Shown here in pieces: positions 1 to 10,883 of a DNA stretch of 64,000 bases. This stretch comes from an uncultured delta proteobacterium. GTDB lineage: Bacteria; Desulfobacterota; Binatia; Bin18. Positions within the stretch are counted from its first letter, which is position 1, and every line of letters begins with the position of its first letter. The position numbers and the translations under genes are program-made. The stretch is from assembly GCA_963733195.1 (NCBI GenBank), contig CAVTCR010000063.1:1-64000 (forward strand), written 5' to 3'. Under the pieces are notes generated by a model. It worked only from the letters and a program-made list of their open reading frames with translations, was not told the DNA's origin and did no database searches.

Positions 1-12
1 GTGAACACAGCG

Positions 13-95
13 AAACGGGAAAAAGGGGAAATGGGGAAATGGAGAAAAGGGAAGAAAAACGAATGAGTGGAGAAGGGAGAAACGGAGAAGGGCAG
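13..95. repeat. purine-rich degenerate octamer tract (GAAANGGR-like)
   Basis: gaaacggg aaaaaggg gaaatggg gaaatgga gaaaaggg ... gaaacgga; similar tracts in complement at ~9310-9372 and ~10154-10219. Confidence 0.7.
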
Positions 96-162
96 CGCGG
101 TAGTGGTGCGAAGGCGCTCAGGATACGGCTGACGAGGCGGGGGCCGATCCATCAGCCGACGC

Positions 163-561
163 TCAAGCGCCGGGCGGCGACTGGGCCAATCTCATGGGGT
201 TCGATTGAGACGCCCCTTGGTTCGTGCACTCAACCATGAGTGGCTTCTTTGAGCACTCGGTGGCCCATTGATTGAGGCTGTTGCCTGCCGCCTGCGCGGC
301 ACCCAATGCCGCGCCGTGCACTTCAGGTGGCACTGGCAGCATGAGTCTGCCAGACGCGGGCTTCTCCGGGCGGACCGCTTGTTCCTTGCAGTCGCGCAAG
401 AACTCCTCGATGGCCGTCTCCAACGCGGAACGTAACTCGGCCACCGTTTCACCGTGAAAGCTGATCATGGTGTGTAGCCTAAGAACGCGACCTACAAAGA
501 TGTTATCGCGCTCGTCGAACTCGATTCTTGCGGTGTACCCCTTGTGATTCATGGTGTTCAT
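163..561 (-). CDS. hicB: HicB-family antitoxin (C-terminus probably frameshifted; no intact hicA upstream)
   Basis: MNTMNHKGYTARIEFDERDNIFVGRV...ISFHGETVAELRSA...PEKPASGRLML...SLNQWA, typical HicB with C-terminal RHH. Confidence 0.85.
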   Translation of the reverse strand: MNTMNHKGYTARIEFDERDNIFVGRVLRLHTMISFHGETVAELRSALETAIEEFLRDCKEQAVRPEKPASGRLMLPVPPEVHGAALGAAQAAGNSLNQWATECSKKPLMVECTNQGASQSNPMRLAQSPPGA

Positions 562-769
562 GGCCTCACCCCTACACGTTCCAGCAACTCGCGAGCCTCT
601 CGACCTGATAGTGCTCTCGATGGTAGGTGAGGCGTCCGGTGGGCCGTGCGCGCAGCCTGCATACACAACACAGATTTTACACCTTGGATATTTGCAGTCA
701 GGGTTCAAAAATACAAGGGAAGGAAAAATAACAACTCGTTCGTACAGACTGCGGGGCGACTTTCTCTTC

Positions 770-3700
770 TTAAAACTCCCAGCTCAGCTGTGCATGGGGC
801 TCAGGAACGTAGGAACAAAATGTGCCGGTCTTGATGGTCTGGGTGAAATACTGCCCGAGGGCGGGATGCACCTCCGCGACTCGGGTAATTGCTGTACGAA
901 TGGCGCGGGTGACGTTCACGCGCGCACGCTCCTGTGGTGAGGCGGCCTTGCGCGCTCGCCCTCTGAGTCCTACCGCACCCGCTAACTCTTGCGTCACGAA
1001 CTCAAGTTCGTCTTGCAGCTTTTCTACCCGACCGACATCGTTAAACTCGCGCGCTTCTTCGAGTTCGGCCTGTAGCTCGGTCAGGCGCTGGCGGTACGCC
1101 GCTTTGGCTTGCGGATCGAGCACTTCACCAGCATCGGTAAAGCCAGCGATATGTACAGTTGCCGTTGCTGGGTCTCGGGTCTCATCAACAAGACTGATCC
1201 CCGTCAGGGAACTTGTGTTGAGGTCAGGCGTATCGGCAGCGAGAGCGAGGGCGGAAAACTCTTGGTCAGGGTGTTGGAGCAAATGGGCGAGGTACTGCAT
1301 GCCGCGCGTATCTTTGATGCGGGCGACCGTTCCGTGAAACACCAGCGTCCAATACTCGCCTTCGGAACGGAAGGTGTTGGGAGCTAGGGGTTGGGGGTTG
1401 GGTGCTAGGGAGGCCGAGTGCTGAATCCTGAGTGCTAAGTCCTGAGTAAGGCTAGAGGTCACAGGCGGTAGGATAGAGAGGGAGAATGATGGGGGTGGCT
1501 CTTCAGCCTTCAGCCTCAAGCCTTCATCCTGTTTTACCTTCTTTTCCTTCTTCCGCCTTCCTTCTTTCTTCTCCCGTCCTTGTCACTGTACCGCCTAAGG
1601 CAAGTAACAGCGCTTCTGCTTCTTGCAAATCTTTCGTGCCAAACCCTTCTGTGAACCACCCATATATTTCTTCAAGGAGATGCCGCGCCTCAGTGTCTTT
1701 GCCCTGGGTCCACCAGAGCCGCGCCAGGCTCATCGCTGCCCGTAACTCTAACGACTTCGCTTGTTGGCAACGGGCGATTTCTAGCGCTTTAGGAAGCACT
1801 GTTCGGGGGAAGAGTGGGTGGATGGGCGATTGGGCGATTTTTTCTTTTTTCTCCTCTCTCTCCCCCTCTTGTTCTCCCTGTCGGAGTGAGAGTTCCCCGA
1901 AGTCGATACAGTTCCGCCTCATAGAACCGCTCTCCACACCGCTGCCCTATCGTTAGTGCTTCCGCGACTACAGCCAATCCTTCGTCGATGCGCCCGGCTG
2001 TTCCACATGCCTCAGCCAGCAAGCCCATAAAATATGCGATACCCAGTTCTTGGCCTCTCAGACGGACAAAGGCCAATCCCTGACGCAAAAGTGCCATCCC
2101 TTCTTCCACTTTTCCCTGCCCGACGAGGAGCCAGCCCTGCACCATCCTCCCCACGCGTGAGGGTAGGGAAATCCCTGCTCCTGACTAAGTGCGATGAGAC
2201 GTGTGACATGCTGCTCGACGATTGATAGTTCACCGCACTTTTGCGCAACGCCAATCGCGCCGTCTAACGCAAACGCCTCACTCAGAAAATGCGACAACTC
2301 GTGGGCCAGAGCCAATCCTTTGTCACTGCTGCGGCGAGCTTGCTCTGGATAGCCGAGACACCACAAGACCCAGCCAATGCGAGAGAAACAGACGACTCCG
2401 AGATCCTGGGCGACGTTTGAGACTCGAGGACTATGTCTGTCAGGATCATAGACCATCAACCCCTGTTCGAGATGACGACGCGACGCAGGAAATTCACCGA
2501 GAAAGTACAAGACATTTCCCAGGGCCATATGCGCCCGAAGGAGGAGCGCTGGATTCCGCACCTTTTGAGCGAGCGCGAGCAACTGTTCTGCCAGGTCCAG
2601 CCCTTGGACTTCCCCACGCAGCTCATACACCATACACAAGCCAAAAAGCACCGAGGCGAGCTGCGGTGGTTCTCCCAAGCGTTGACACAATTCGTACGCC
2701 CGAAAATAGGCGTGCTCCATCTCTTCCAGGGCTGTTCGGCCCCCAATCGCATAAAGGGGGGTAGTCAGTGCCAGTTGCAGCCGCACTTCGTGTTGTATCC
2801 GCTCAGGGCGGTCCGGCAGCAGAGTGAGCAATTCCAGGCCCCGCTTCAAGTGACTCAGGGCATCCTGAGGAGCGCCAGCGCGTGCGGCAGCCTCACCCGC
2901 ATGCCAACGATACTGTACTGCCTTGGCATACTCTCGTCCCTGCTCAAAATGTACGGCTAACTCAGCAGCGACCTCTCGTGTACGCTTGCCATACGCCGCC
3001 TCTTTCCGTTCGGCGATGCGCCGATGCAGTTGCATTCGGCGGGCCTTGCCCACACGTGCAGAGATAACCTCGCGGTACACTGCATGCCGAAAACTGTAGC
3101 GCCCACTTAGCGTCCCGTCCGGCCACTCCGCTACTCCCTCCGCCCGGAGAAACTGCCCCGTACGTGCTAAGCGTTCTACTGGAATTCGAGCGCCTCGACG
3201 TCACCTTGCAGTCCTGTCGCCGCCTCCGCCACAGCGAACTCCACCCCCACGATACTAGCAACTTCTAGTACTCGTCCGTCTTCTTCGTTCAGTTGCTCTA
3301 CTTGGCGCTCAATTAACTGCCGTAACGTGTCAGGAATGCCCTCGCTCACCTCTTTGACTTTGTCTTCACGTACGGTCCACCGCCCGGCCTCTTCCGTCAT
3401 TATCTCCTGCTCCATCAAATAGTCCACGATGTTCACGATAAAGAGAGGATTACCGCCGGTGCGGTGAGCGAGTGTTCCCGCTAAGGTGCTTGGCTCCAGC
3501 AGCTCACCAAATCGCTTCACTAGGTACGCGGTAATCGCCTCCTCCCCTAGGGGCGTCAGGCAAATTTCTTCACACTGCTGTCTCGCCTGCAGCCCTTGCA
3601 CCACCGCGCGCAGAGGATGATTGCTGACCAGCACGTCCGCCGGGTGATAGGTCTCAAAAATCAGCAGCCTAGTCGGCTCCCGCCGCCGCGCCACGTATGT

Positions 3701-4230
3701 CAGCCAGTCCAGCGTTGACACATCGCTCCAGTGCAAATCTTCGAGCACGACGACGAGCCCGCGCTGCATGGTAAACTGTTCTGCTGCCTCGCCCATCTCC
3801 CGTAGCATCCGCTCTCGACTCGTCCCCTGAACACGCTGCTGCAAGAGGGCACGGTCCTCAGGGCTGAGCAATCCCGACAATTGCAGGAGCCAACTCGGTG
3901 CGTAGCGTTTCAGGGCCTCGATGCATTGTTCCCTGTCCGGTCCCCGGCAGAGCTGAATGGTAGCTTCCAGAAGCGGCAGATAGGCTTCACCTGCGCCATA
4001 CTGTTCCACACACTGCCCGCGGGTAATAAGTACATCTGGTTGATCGCGCAGGCGCTCCACAAATGCATCGACAAGCGCAGTCTTGCCAATTCCGGGTTCA
4101 CCACTGAGAAAGACCACTTGCCTCGCACCGTCGAGCGCCTTAGTCAAGGAGCGCTGGAGCTGCACTAGTTCTGCATCGCGGCCCGCGAGAAACGTCTTCG
4201 CTTCCTGGTTCCAAATTCCAGGTTGAGTCG
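770..4230 (-). pseudogene. large AAA ATPase (STAND-like)-TPR regulator, split by several frameshifts
   Basis: ORF pieces 3176-4510 (GEPGIGKT Walker A, LEDLHWSD, GGNPLF), 2058-3080, 1789-2154, 1524-1937 (SLELRAAMSLARLW, WFTEGFGTKDL) and 770-1519 (C-terminal domain ERARVNVTRAIR...TGTFCSY) are collinear. Confidence 0.85.
1375..1585. repeat. patchwork of degenerate heptamer arrays in the linker of the AAA-TPR gene
   Basis: minus strand: GGCTGAA-type x3, ACTCAGG/ACTTAGC-type x5, CCCTAGC/CCCCAAC-type x5. Confidence 0.75.
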
Positions 4231-4611
4231 ACGAAACGTTTTCTCTTTTGTGTATGATATCGGAAGACTCCACCCAGCTCTCCTTGCTCCAGCACCGATC
4301 GTACGATTCTGCTCCCCCACTGCTTGACGCAGAGGAGACTAAGCAGGTCCTCCTGTAAGAGTCAACCGAATATAGGCATCCTATTTGAAATGGAGATAGA
4401 AGAGGCACAGACGCCCCTTCAATAAACTCAGTGTGAACGGTCCGGTGTGATGCCAAGTCTTCCGTTCGTGTTGGGCCTGTCGGAGCATGAACGGCGCTCA
4501 TCTCCACCAATGATTGAGGAGACCTCTATGCCACCAGGAGTAAACGCCTGGGGTTTTAACCCTCAGTATTTCATGCAACGATTGCGCGCTCGATAAAGAA
4601 GGAGGAACAAG

Positions 4612-5579
4612 ATGACCATGACCCATCGGCTAGATCCAGAATTGGCGGCTCCTCTGGACGCCTGGCTCAAGGCAACTAAAGGCGGGATTAACCTGCACGA
4701 TATTCCTGCAGCGCGGAGGACGATGGATGAACTCGCAGCCGCCCAAATGGCTAAGGCTCAGCCGATCGAGGGCGTCAGCACTACGGAGAGAAAGGCGCCA
4801 GGACCGAGGGAGACCCTGAGGTCTTCGTGCGGATTTATCAGCCAACGGATCGACCTGCGACTTTGCCTGCCCTGCTGTGGATTCATGGCGGTGGCTATGT
4901 CCTGGGCAGCGTCGAACGTGACGATTTGTTGGCCAAGCATTTAGCCAGAGTCGGACAGTGTGTGGTAGCGTCGGTCGAGTATCGACTGGCCCCTGAACAC
5001 CCCTTTCCCGCGCCTGTCGAGGATTGTTATGCCGCGCTCAAGTGGCTGTCAGCCCATAGCGCCGAATTCGGTGTGAATAAGTCACGCATCGCCATCGGTG
5101 GTGCGAGTGCTGGCGGTGGACTCGCGGCTGGCCTTGCTCTGCTGACCCGAGATCGGGCTGAAGTGGAGGTGGCCTTTCAGTTACTCATCTATCCTATGAT
5201 CGATGACCGCAACATCGCTCCCGCCAGCGCGACGGTTCCGGACACCTTTGTGTGGACCCGAGAAAATAACTTGATGGGCTGGAGAGCCCTTCTTGGCCGT
5301 GAGCCTGGCGGGAAAGACGTTTCTCCCTATGCTGCCGCCGCTCGCGCGACTGACTTGAAAGGTTTACCTCCGGCGTATATTCCAGTGGGCGACCTCGACT
5401 TATTCTTGGATGAGAACATTACCTACGCGCAGAGGCTACTGGCGGCTGGTGTCCCAACCGAACTCCATGTGTATCCGGGTGCTTTCCACGGCTTCAATGG
5501 TTTCGTGCCTGGTGCGGAGATCTCGCGGCGTTTTAATGCTGATCGCGACAATGCACTAAAGCGTATGCTCCACCGTTAA
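4612..5579 (+). CDS. alpha/beta hydrolase, HSL-like esterase/lipase (frameshift near 4810)
   Basis: HGGG oxyanion motif, GASAG nucleophile, D...H triad (GAFHGF); RBS ggagg before 4612. Confidence 0.9.
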
Positions 5580-5588
5580 AGGATCACA

Positions 5589-5689
5589 GCCGGGGGTTGA
5601 AACCCCCGGCTACCATCGCTACGCCCGTCAGCGCGGGCGAATGCCCCAACCTGGGCATATGAGAGTAGCCGGGGAATTTATACCCCGGC
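5589..5689. repeat. pair of inverted GTAG-type REP palindromes with internal hairpins
   Basis: GTAGCCGGGGGTTTCAACCCCCGGC (minus, 5589-5613) and GTAGCCGGGGAATTTATACCCCGGC (plus, 5665-5689). Confidence 0.75.
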
Positions 5690-5705
5690 ACGATTTGAAA
5701 CGAAC

Positions 5706-6938
5706 ATGGAGTCTATTATGCAGAACGGAATTCTCTCAGGGCTGCGTGTGATTGACTGCGGCACCTATGTCGCCGGGCCAGCGTCAACGACGATCATGTC
5801 GGATTTTGGGGCGGAGGTGGTGAAGATCGAGCGACCGCAAGGCGGGGATTTGTACCGCTTCATGGCTGATCTGCCAGGGTTTGCTAAGGCAGATCGCAAC
5901 TGGGCCTGGATTCTGACGAGTCGGAATAAGAAGAGTGTGGCACTCGACCTCAGTTCACCCCAAGGGCGGGAAGCCCTCATCCGTCTGGTCAAGACGGCGG
6001 ATGTCTTTGTCACCAACTACCAACACCCGCTGCTCGAAAAGTTCCAATTGACCTGGGAGCATCTCCAGCCAGAAAACGAGCGCCTTATCTATGCGCATCT
6101 GACCGGCTATGGCGACGCAGGTGAGGATGCCGACGCACCGACATTTGACGCATTGGCGTATTGGGCGCGCTCGGGCTTGATGATGAGCGTCGTGGGCATG
6201 GATGGCACTCCGGGCGGGCCACGACCGGGGATGGGCGATCACCCCACCTCCGTGTCCCTTTTCGGCGCGATCATGCTCGGTCTGTATCATCGTGAACGCA
6301 CCGGGCGTGGAGTAAAGGTTGGAACGTCGCTGATGGCGAGTGGAGCGTGGGCGAATGCCTGCGACTTGCAAGCCAAATTCTGCAAGGCTGAGTTTCCCCA
6401 GCGCGGCGCAGACGGAACACCGCCTAATCCGCTGGCGGCAGGGTATCTGAGCCGTGACGGTAAGGCCTTCCTGGTTGTGCTGCTTGATCCTGACATCGAA
6501 TTTCCCAATCTCTGCCGGGCGCTCGGCCAAGAGGAACTGGCAACTAACTCCTTGTTTGCGACCACCCAAGCCAGAACAGAGAATGCGGCGGCGTTTTTCG
6601 CGATTCTGCAATGGCAGTTCGAATCGCGAGATCTTGCCGAATGGCGGGTGCTCTTCAAGCAGGCGGACATCAAATGGGCTCCGTTGCCAAAACTGGAAGA
6701 GGTCGTGGACGATCCGCAAATGCGCGCCTCAGGTGCTTTTATTGACCTAGACTATCCTGGGTATGGCAAGCTGACGACCGTCAACAGTCCCATTTTTACT
6801 TCAGCGGGTGAAAAGCAAACGCCGACGGCTGCGCCGCAGCTTGGCGCACATACCAGCGAGGTGTTGCGCGATCTTGGGTATGACGAAGAGACGATTGCCG
6901 CACTCGTCCGTGACGGGGTGGTGGCGATGGGCGACTAG
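5706..6938 (+). CDS. family III CoA-transferase (CaiB/BaiF)
   Basis: LSGLRVID...AGP...DFGAEVVKIERP.GGD, RNKKSVALDL, APQLGAHT. Confidence 0.95.
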   Translation: MESIMQNGILSGLRVIDCGTYVAGPASTTIMSDFGAEVVKIERPQGGDLYRFMADLPGFAKADRNWAWILTSRNKKSVALDLSSPQGREALIRLVKTADVFVTNYQHPLLEKFQLTWEHLQPENERLIYAHLTGYGDAGEDADAPTFDALAYWARSGLMMSVVGMDGTPGGPRPGMGDHPTSVSLFGAIMLGLYHRERTGRGVKVGTSLMASGAWANACDLQAKFCKAEFPQRGADGTPPNPLAAGYLSRDGKAFLVVLLDPDIEFPNLCRALGQEELATNSLFATTQARTENAAAFFAILQWQFESRDLAEWRVLFKQADIKWAPLPKLEEVVDDPQMRASGAFIDLDYPGYGKLTTVNSPIFTSAGEKQTPTAAPQLGAHTSEVLRDLGYDEETIAALVRDGVVAMGD

Positions 6939-6994
6939 CGTGAAAGCAGAGATCACGCCATCGTCATGACCCAACAAGAATAAGGAGGGACCTC

Positions 6995-7786
6995 ATGACC
7001 GCCGAAATGATCAAGACGGAGATCAAGGATTACATTGCCACGGTCACCATCGACCGTCCGCCGGTTAACGCGATGAACAAGCAAATGTTCGAGGAGATTC
7101 AGGCAGCGTTTGATGCACTGAACAATCGCGAAGATGTGCGAGCCGCCGTGTTCACTGGTGCAGGCAAATGTTTCTGTGCCGGTGCCGATATGAAGGCACG
7201 CTCAGCTTCTCTCGAAGGCGCGCAGCAAGCACCCCGTCCCGGCGCGATGTGGGCGCATTCGCGTGCCGCGCGTGAGGCGTTCAACGCCATTCTCGAATGC
7301 TCAGTTCCCGTCATCGGCGCGATCAATGGGCCAGCTCTCGGCGGTGGCCTCGCCCTGGTCGCTTCCTGTGACATTCTTCTTGCCTCGGAGAACGCGGTGA
7401 TCGGGCTCCCTGAAATCGATGTCGGCTTACTCGGCGGTGGTCGCCACTGTCAACGCTTATTCGGCGTCTACAAAGCACGCAAGATGATGTATACCGGCGA
7501 ACGGGTCGGCGCGACGGAGTTGTATCGACTCGGGATTGTCGAAAAGGTCGTCACGCCAGAGAACCTAATGGCAGAAGCGCGGGCCGTAGCAGAGAATATT
7601 GCCGCGAAAAGCCCACTTGCCATCCGCTTGGCCAAGCACGCCATGAATACCATTGAGTTCATGGACCTGCGGGACGGCTACCGCTTTGAACAGAACATGA
7701 CCCATGAACTCACTGGAAGTGAAGACGCCAAGGAAGCGGCGCGCGCCTTTGTGGAAAAACGCAAACCCGTTTTCACAAAACGCTAG
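6995..7786 (+). CDS. enoyl-CoA hydratase/isomerase (crotonase)
   Basis: DRPPVNA, FCAGADM, INGPALGGG, GLPEIDVG, AFVEKRKP. Confidence 0.95.
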   Translation: MTAEMIKTEIKDYIATVTIDRPPVNAMNKQMFEEIQAAFDALNNREDVRAAVFTGAGKCFCAGADMKARSASLEGAQQAPRPGAMWAHSRAAREAFNAILECSVPVIGAINGPALGGGLALVASCDILLASENAVIGLPEIDVGLLGGGRHCQRLFGVYKARKMMYTGERVGATELYRLGIVEKVVTPENLMAEARAVAENIAAKSPLAIRLAKHAMNTIEFMDLRDGYRFEQNMTHELTGSEDAKEAARAFVEKRKPVFTKR

Positions 7787-7846
7787 GAACAGTCAGCGCC
7801 TGCGTTTCCAGAACATCGGGGTTAACGACTGGTGCAACCGCACGCA

Positions 7847-9089
7847 CTAAATCGAACCACAGGAGATTGGCACAGAAGAGCACTCGCTGATACATCAAGA
7901 GTTGTGAGACTGCTTGAGCGATCAGTGAGGACCTGCCGTGCCGAGAACAACGATAGTAGATATTCCGCCTCTGGAGCAAGCCCGCATGCTGGCTGAATTG
8001 CGGCGCGCTCGTTATGGCTATTTGCTGGCGCTGCACTTGCTGCTGCTGGGTACGGCGGGGCGTACGCCCAGCGAGATTGCGGCCGTGCTGTTCTGTTCGC
8101 GCTCCAGTGTCTATCGGATGGTGAAGGCTTATCGGGCCGGGACGCTCACGTGGGACGACTCGACGGGGGGCCAAGCTGGTCGGGCGCGGCGGCGGGTCCT
8201 GACGCCCTCCCTCAAGCGCTCCGTGGTGGCGCTCTCAAGACCGTGCCCTGGACGTGGGGATGGTGTCGCACGCGCTGGAGTTGCGCCACGCTGGCTTTGG
8301 AGTTGCAGGCACACCGGGGCATAGCAGGTGTCGACCGAAACGATGCGGCGCTGGCTCCACGACCTGGGGTGGGTGTGGAAGCGAGCCAAACTGGCGGCCA
8401 AAGATGACGATCCCCAGCGGGTGGAGAAGTTGGCCCGTATCCGCTTGGTCTTTGAGCGCTTGCAGGCCCAGGCCGCGCTGTTCTTCGCCGACGAGCTGGA
8501 TATCCCGCTGTTGCCCAAAGTCGGCTACCAATGGATGCCCAAAGGAGAACAGGTGGAAGTCCTGACCCCCGGGACCAACGAGAAGCGGTACCGCGCTGGG
8601 GCTTTGGACATGCGCACGGGAACGATCCTGCACCGGGTCTGGTGGCGGAAAACCCACGGCCTGTTTCTGGACCTTCTCCAGGCGCTCGACCACACGTATC
8701 CGCAGCGGCGCTTCACTCACCTCTATGTGGTGGTCGATAACTATAAGATTCACAAAGCGCAGGCTGTAGAGCAGTGGTTGGCGGCGCATCCGCGCTTGGA
8801 GTTGCTATTCTTGCCTACCTATTGCCCTAAAGCCAGCCCGATTGAACGCGCCTTTGGCGATGTCCATGATAAATGTACCCGTAATCACAAGCGTAAGCGG
8901 CTGGTGGTTGTAGTCAGAGATGTGGAACAGCATCTATGTATGAATGGCCCTGGCACTATGAGTTGTCAGAGATCTATTACACCGCTGCAGTGACTGCGGC
9001 CGTACAGACTCTTCTCTGAGCGAAAACCGCACCAACGGAGCTCTCACAACTTGCCGCTTGAGTGTCCCGATGCCATGTATTTTGCTAAG
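7847..9089 (+). mobile_element. IS630-family insertion sequence, transposase frameshifted
   Basis: HTH N-terminus (7938), WSCATLA segment (frame of 8150 ORF), DDE domain 8328-8993 (FADE, VVDNYKIH, LPTYCPKASPIE); degenerate terminal inverted repeats near 7847 and 9089. Confidence 0.85.
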
Positions 9090-9149
9090 CTCAGAAGGCA
9101 GTAGCACGCAACGCGACGGAGGACAGGGAAATGGCACGTACTATGCGCC

Positions 9150-9375
9150 CTGCTCCATTTTTGCCCTTTGCCTTTCTCCGAACCCTAGAATCTGGACTGT
9201 TTGTGACTCTGGCCGTTAAACCACCACCCCTTTTTTCATTCCCTCTTCAGCCTGAAGCCTCCAGCCTATAGCCTCATTCCCTATTCATCATTCATCGTTT
9301 TCTTCCTTCGCACTTTTCCCTTTTCCGCTTTACCCTTTATCTATTTCTCCATTACCCCTTTATCCCTTTTCGATC
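9150..9375. repeat. pyrimidine-rich heptamer/octamer tract cluster
   Basis: tttgccc tttgcct; cttcagc ctgaagc ctccagc ctatagc; ttcatca ttcatcg; ttttccc/tttaccc/ttatccc units. Confidence 0.7.
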
Positions 9376-9463
9376 CGCCGACAGCGGTACCCAGCGCATG
9401 CTACGAAGCCACATTCCTTGTGTTTCCGAGACGATCAGGTATTTCCTTCTTGAGGAGACGAAT

Positions 9464-9685
9464 ATGAGAACCGCCATTACCGCTCAAGGACGGACAGTTG
9501 TTCCCGCGAAGATTCGCAAAGACCATCAGCTTCGCTCCCCTATGCAGCTCGAATGGATTGACGACGGAGAGACTATTCGCGTAGTGCCGATTCCTACCGA
9601 CTCAATTCGCGCGGCAAAGGGAAGTTCAAAGGGGCTGTATCAAAGGCTAATGCGAGAGCGGAGACGGGAGCGGCAACGTGCCTGA
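9464..9685 (+). CDS. AbrB/MazE/SpoVT-family antitoxin
   Basis: MRTAITAQGRTVVPAKIRK; RBS gagga; overlaps PIN gene. Confidence 0.85.
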   Translation: MRTAITAQGRTVVPAKIRKDHQLRSPMQLEWIDDGETIRVVPIPTDSIRAAKGSSKGLYQRLMRERRRERQRA

Positions 9686-10148
9686 CCTCTATGTCCTCGA
9701 TACCTCTGCCATTGCCGCCTTTACTGACCAAGAAGAGGGAGCCGTTGAGGTTGAGAGGCTCCTTGATGCGGCTCGTAGAGACGAGTGTCAGATCGAAGTC
9801 TGTGCGATCAGTCTTATGGAACTCTATTACATAGCGTTACAGGAAAAAGGCGAGGATGAGGCAACCAAACTGATCGCCCTTGTGAAGGCCTGGCCTGTCA
9901 GGTGGATCTATCCTGATGAGCGCACCTTGTTGCAAGCAGGAAAGATCAAAGCGAACTACCGTCTCTCGGTAGCGGATGCCATTATTGCCGCAGTAGCAAA
10001 GTTACGGCAGGCAAAGCTTGTTCACAAAGATCCTGAATTAGCGGCGCTCGCTACAGAAGTATTGCTCCTGACCCTACCATTCAAGAAAAAAACATCTCGA
10101 AGAGTACGCAGAGTGCGTCGTGTTAAGGAACTCAAAGGGAACAACTGA
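9678..10148 (+). CDS. vapC: VapC-like PIN-domain toxin
   Basis: YVLDTSA, E, LSVADAIIAA, LVHKDPE acidic PIN motifs. Confidence 0.9.
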   Translation: MPDLYVLDTSAIAAFTDQEEGAVEVERLLDAARRDECQIEVCAISLMELYYIALQEKGEDEATKLIALVKAWPVRWIYPDERTLLQAGKIKANYRLSVADAIIAAVAKLRQAKLVHKDPELAALATEVLLLTLPFKKKTSRRVRRVRRVKELKGNN

Positions 10149-10205
10149 AGAGACCTTTTTCTTTTCTCTTCCACTCTCCCTATTCACCCCTTCTCCCTTT
10201 ATCCT

Positions 10206-10271
10206 TTATCCGTTTCCCGAGGTGACATGGTAGAGGGCGCTCGGATACGCCAACCGCAAGGGGCGAGTCAT
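10206..10271 (-). pseudogene. N-terminal fragment of REP-associated tyrosine transposase (RAYT, Y1)
   Basis: MTRPLRLAYPSALYHVTS(G)N resembles the RAYT start MARPLRIxxPGAxYHVTSRGN; cut off by a low-complexity tract. Confidence 0.65.
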
Positions 10272-10419
10272 ACGCGGAAAGTACTCGTCCATACCTAGCT
10301 GAGACGTGGTCACAAATCGTAAGTTGTTGAATTGACGAGAAGAGCGCGTGTCGGACTTGCCCGCCCGCACCCGCCTCCCCAACATTTCAGTCCCCAACTC
10401 AAAGCCGAGGAGGTACTGC

Positions 10420-10883
10420 GAATGAGAAGCAGGGAGAGCATTCTTGTCAGCTTGGTGCGTTTGGTCGATTCCTTGCCCTTTCCCCCGCCGCCGGCGCAGC
10501 GCAAGCGAGGACGGGCAGCCGATGCTATTCGGATCAGCTGATTGTCAAAGCCGTGGTGATTATGATTATTCGCCGCTTGTATATCGCCTGGGCCCTGTTG
10601 GCCTTTCTGCAACAAGACGACCCAGTTGTGGCACATTTGCGACCGCTGCTGACCGAGCCTGGACGGTGTCCTGACACGTCGCACCTGGGAACGACGCTTG
10701 GCGGTGTTGCCTTTGACATTGCCGGGCCTGATTGGGCGGTTCGGACGCTAATGGGTAAGGATCCTCAATCCGTGGGCCCAACAAGCCCGGCACGGAACGG
10801 TCTGTGAGAGTCCAATAGTCCGTGCGCACGGCGGGGTCTGGTATAAGAAAGACCGGGAAGCGGGCGTGGTCTTGCGCTCCTCC
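10420..10883 (+). mobile_element. truncated, frameshifted DDE transposase (IS5/IS982-like) N-terminal half
   Basis: ESILVSLVRLVDSLPFPPPP..RKRGR / VIMIIRRL..AWALLAFLQQDD / GVWYKKDREAGVV; ends at IS256 terminus. Confidence 0.6.

Noticed and set aside
8230-8330. Programmed frameshift in the IS630 transposase
   Set aside because: Two separate shifts are needed and there is no clear slippery site. They cannot be told apart from the background indels.
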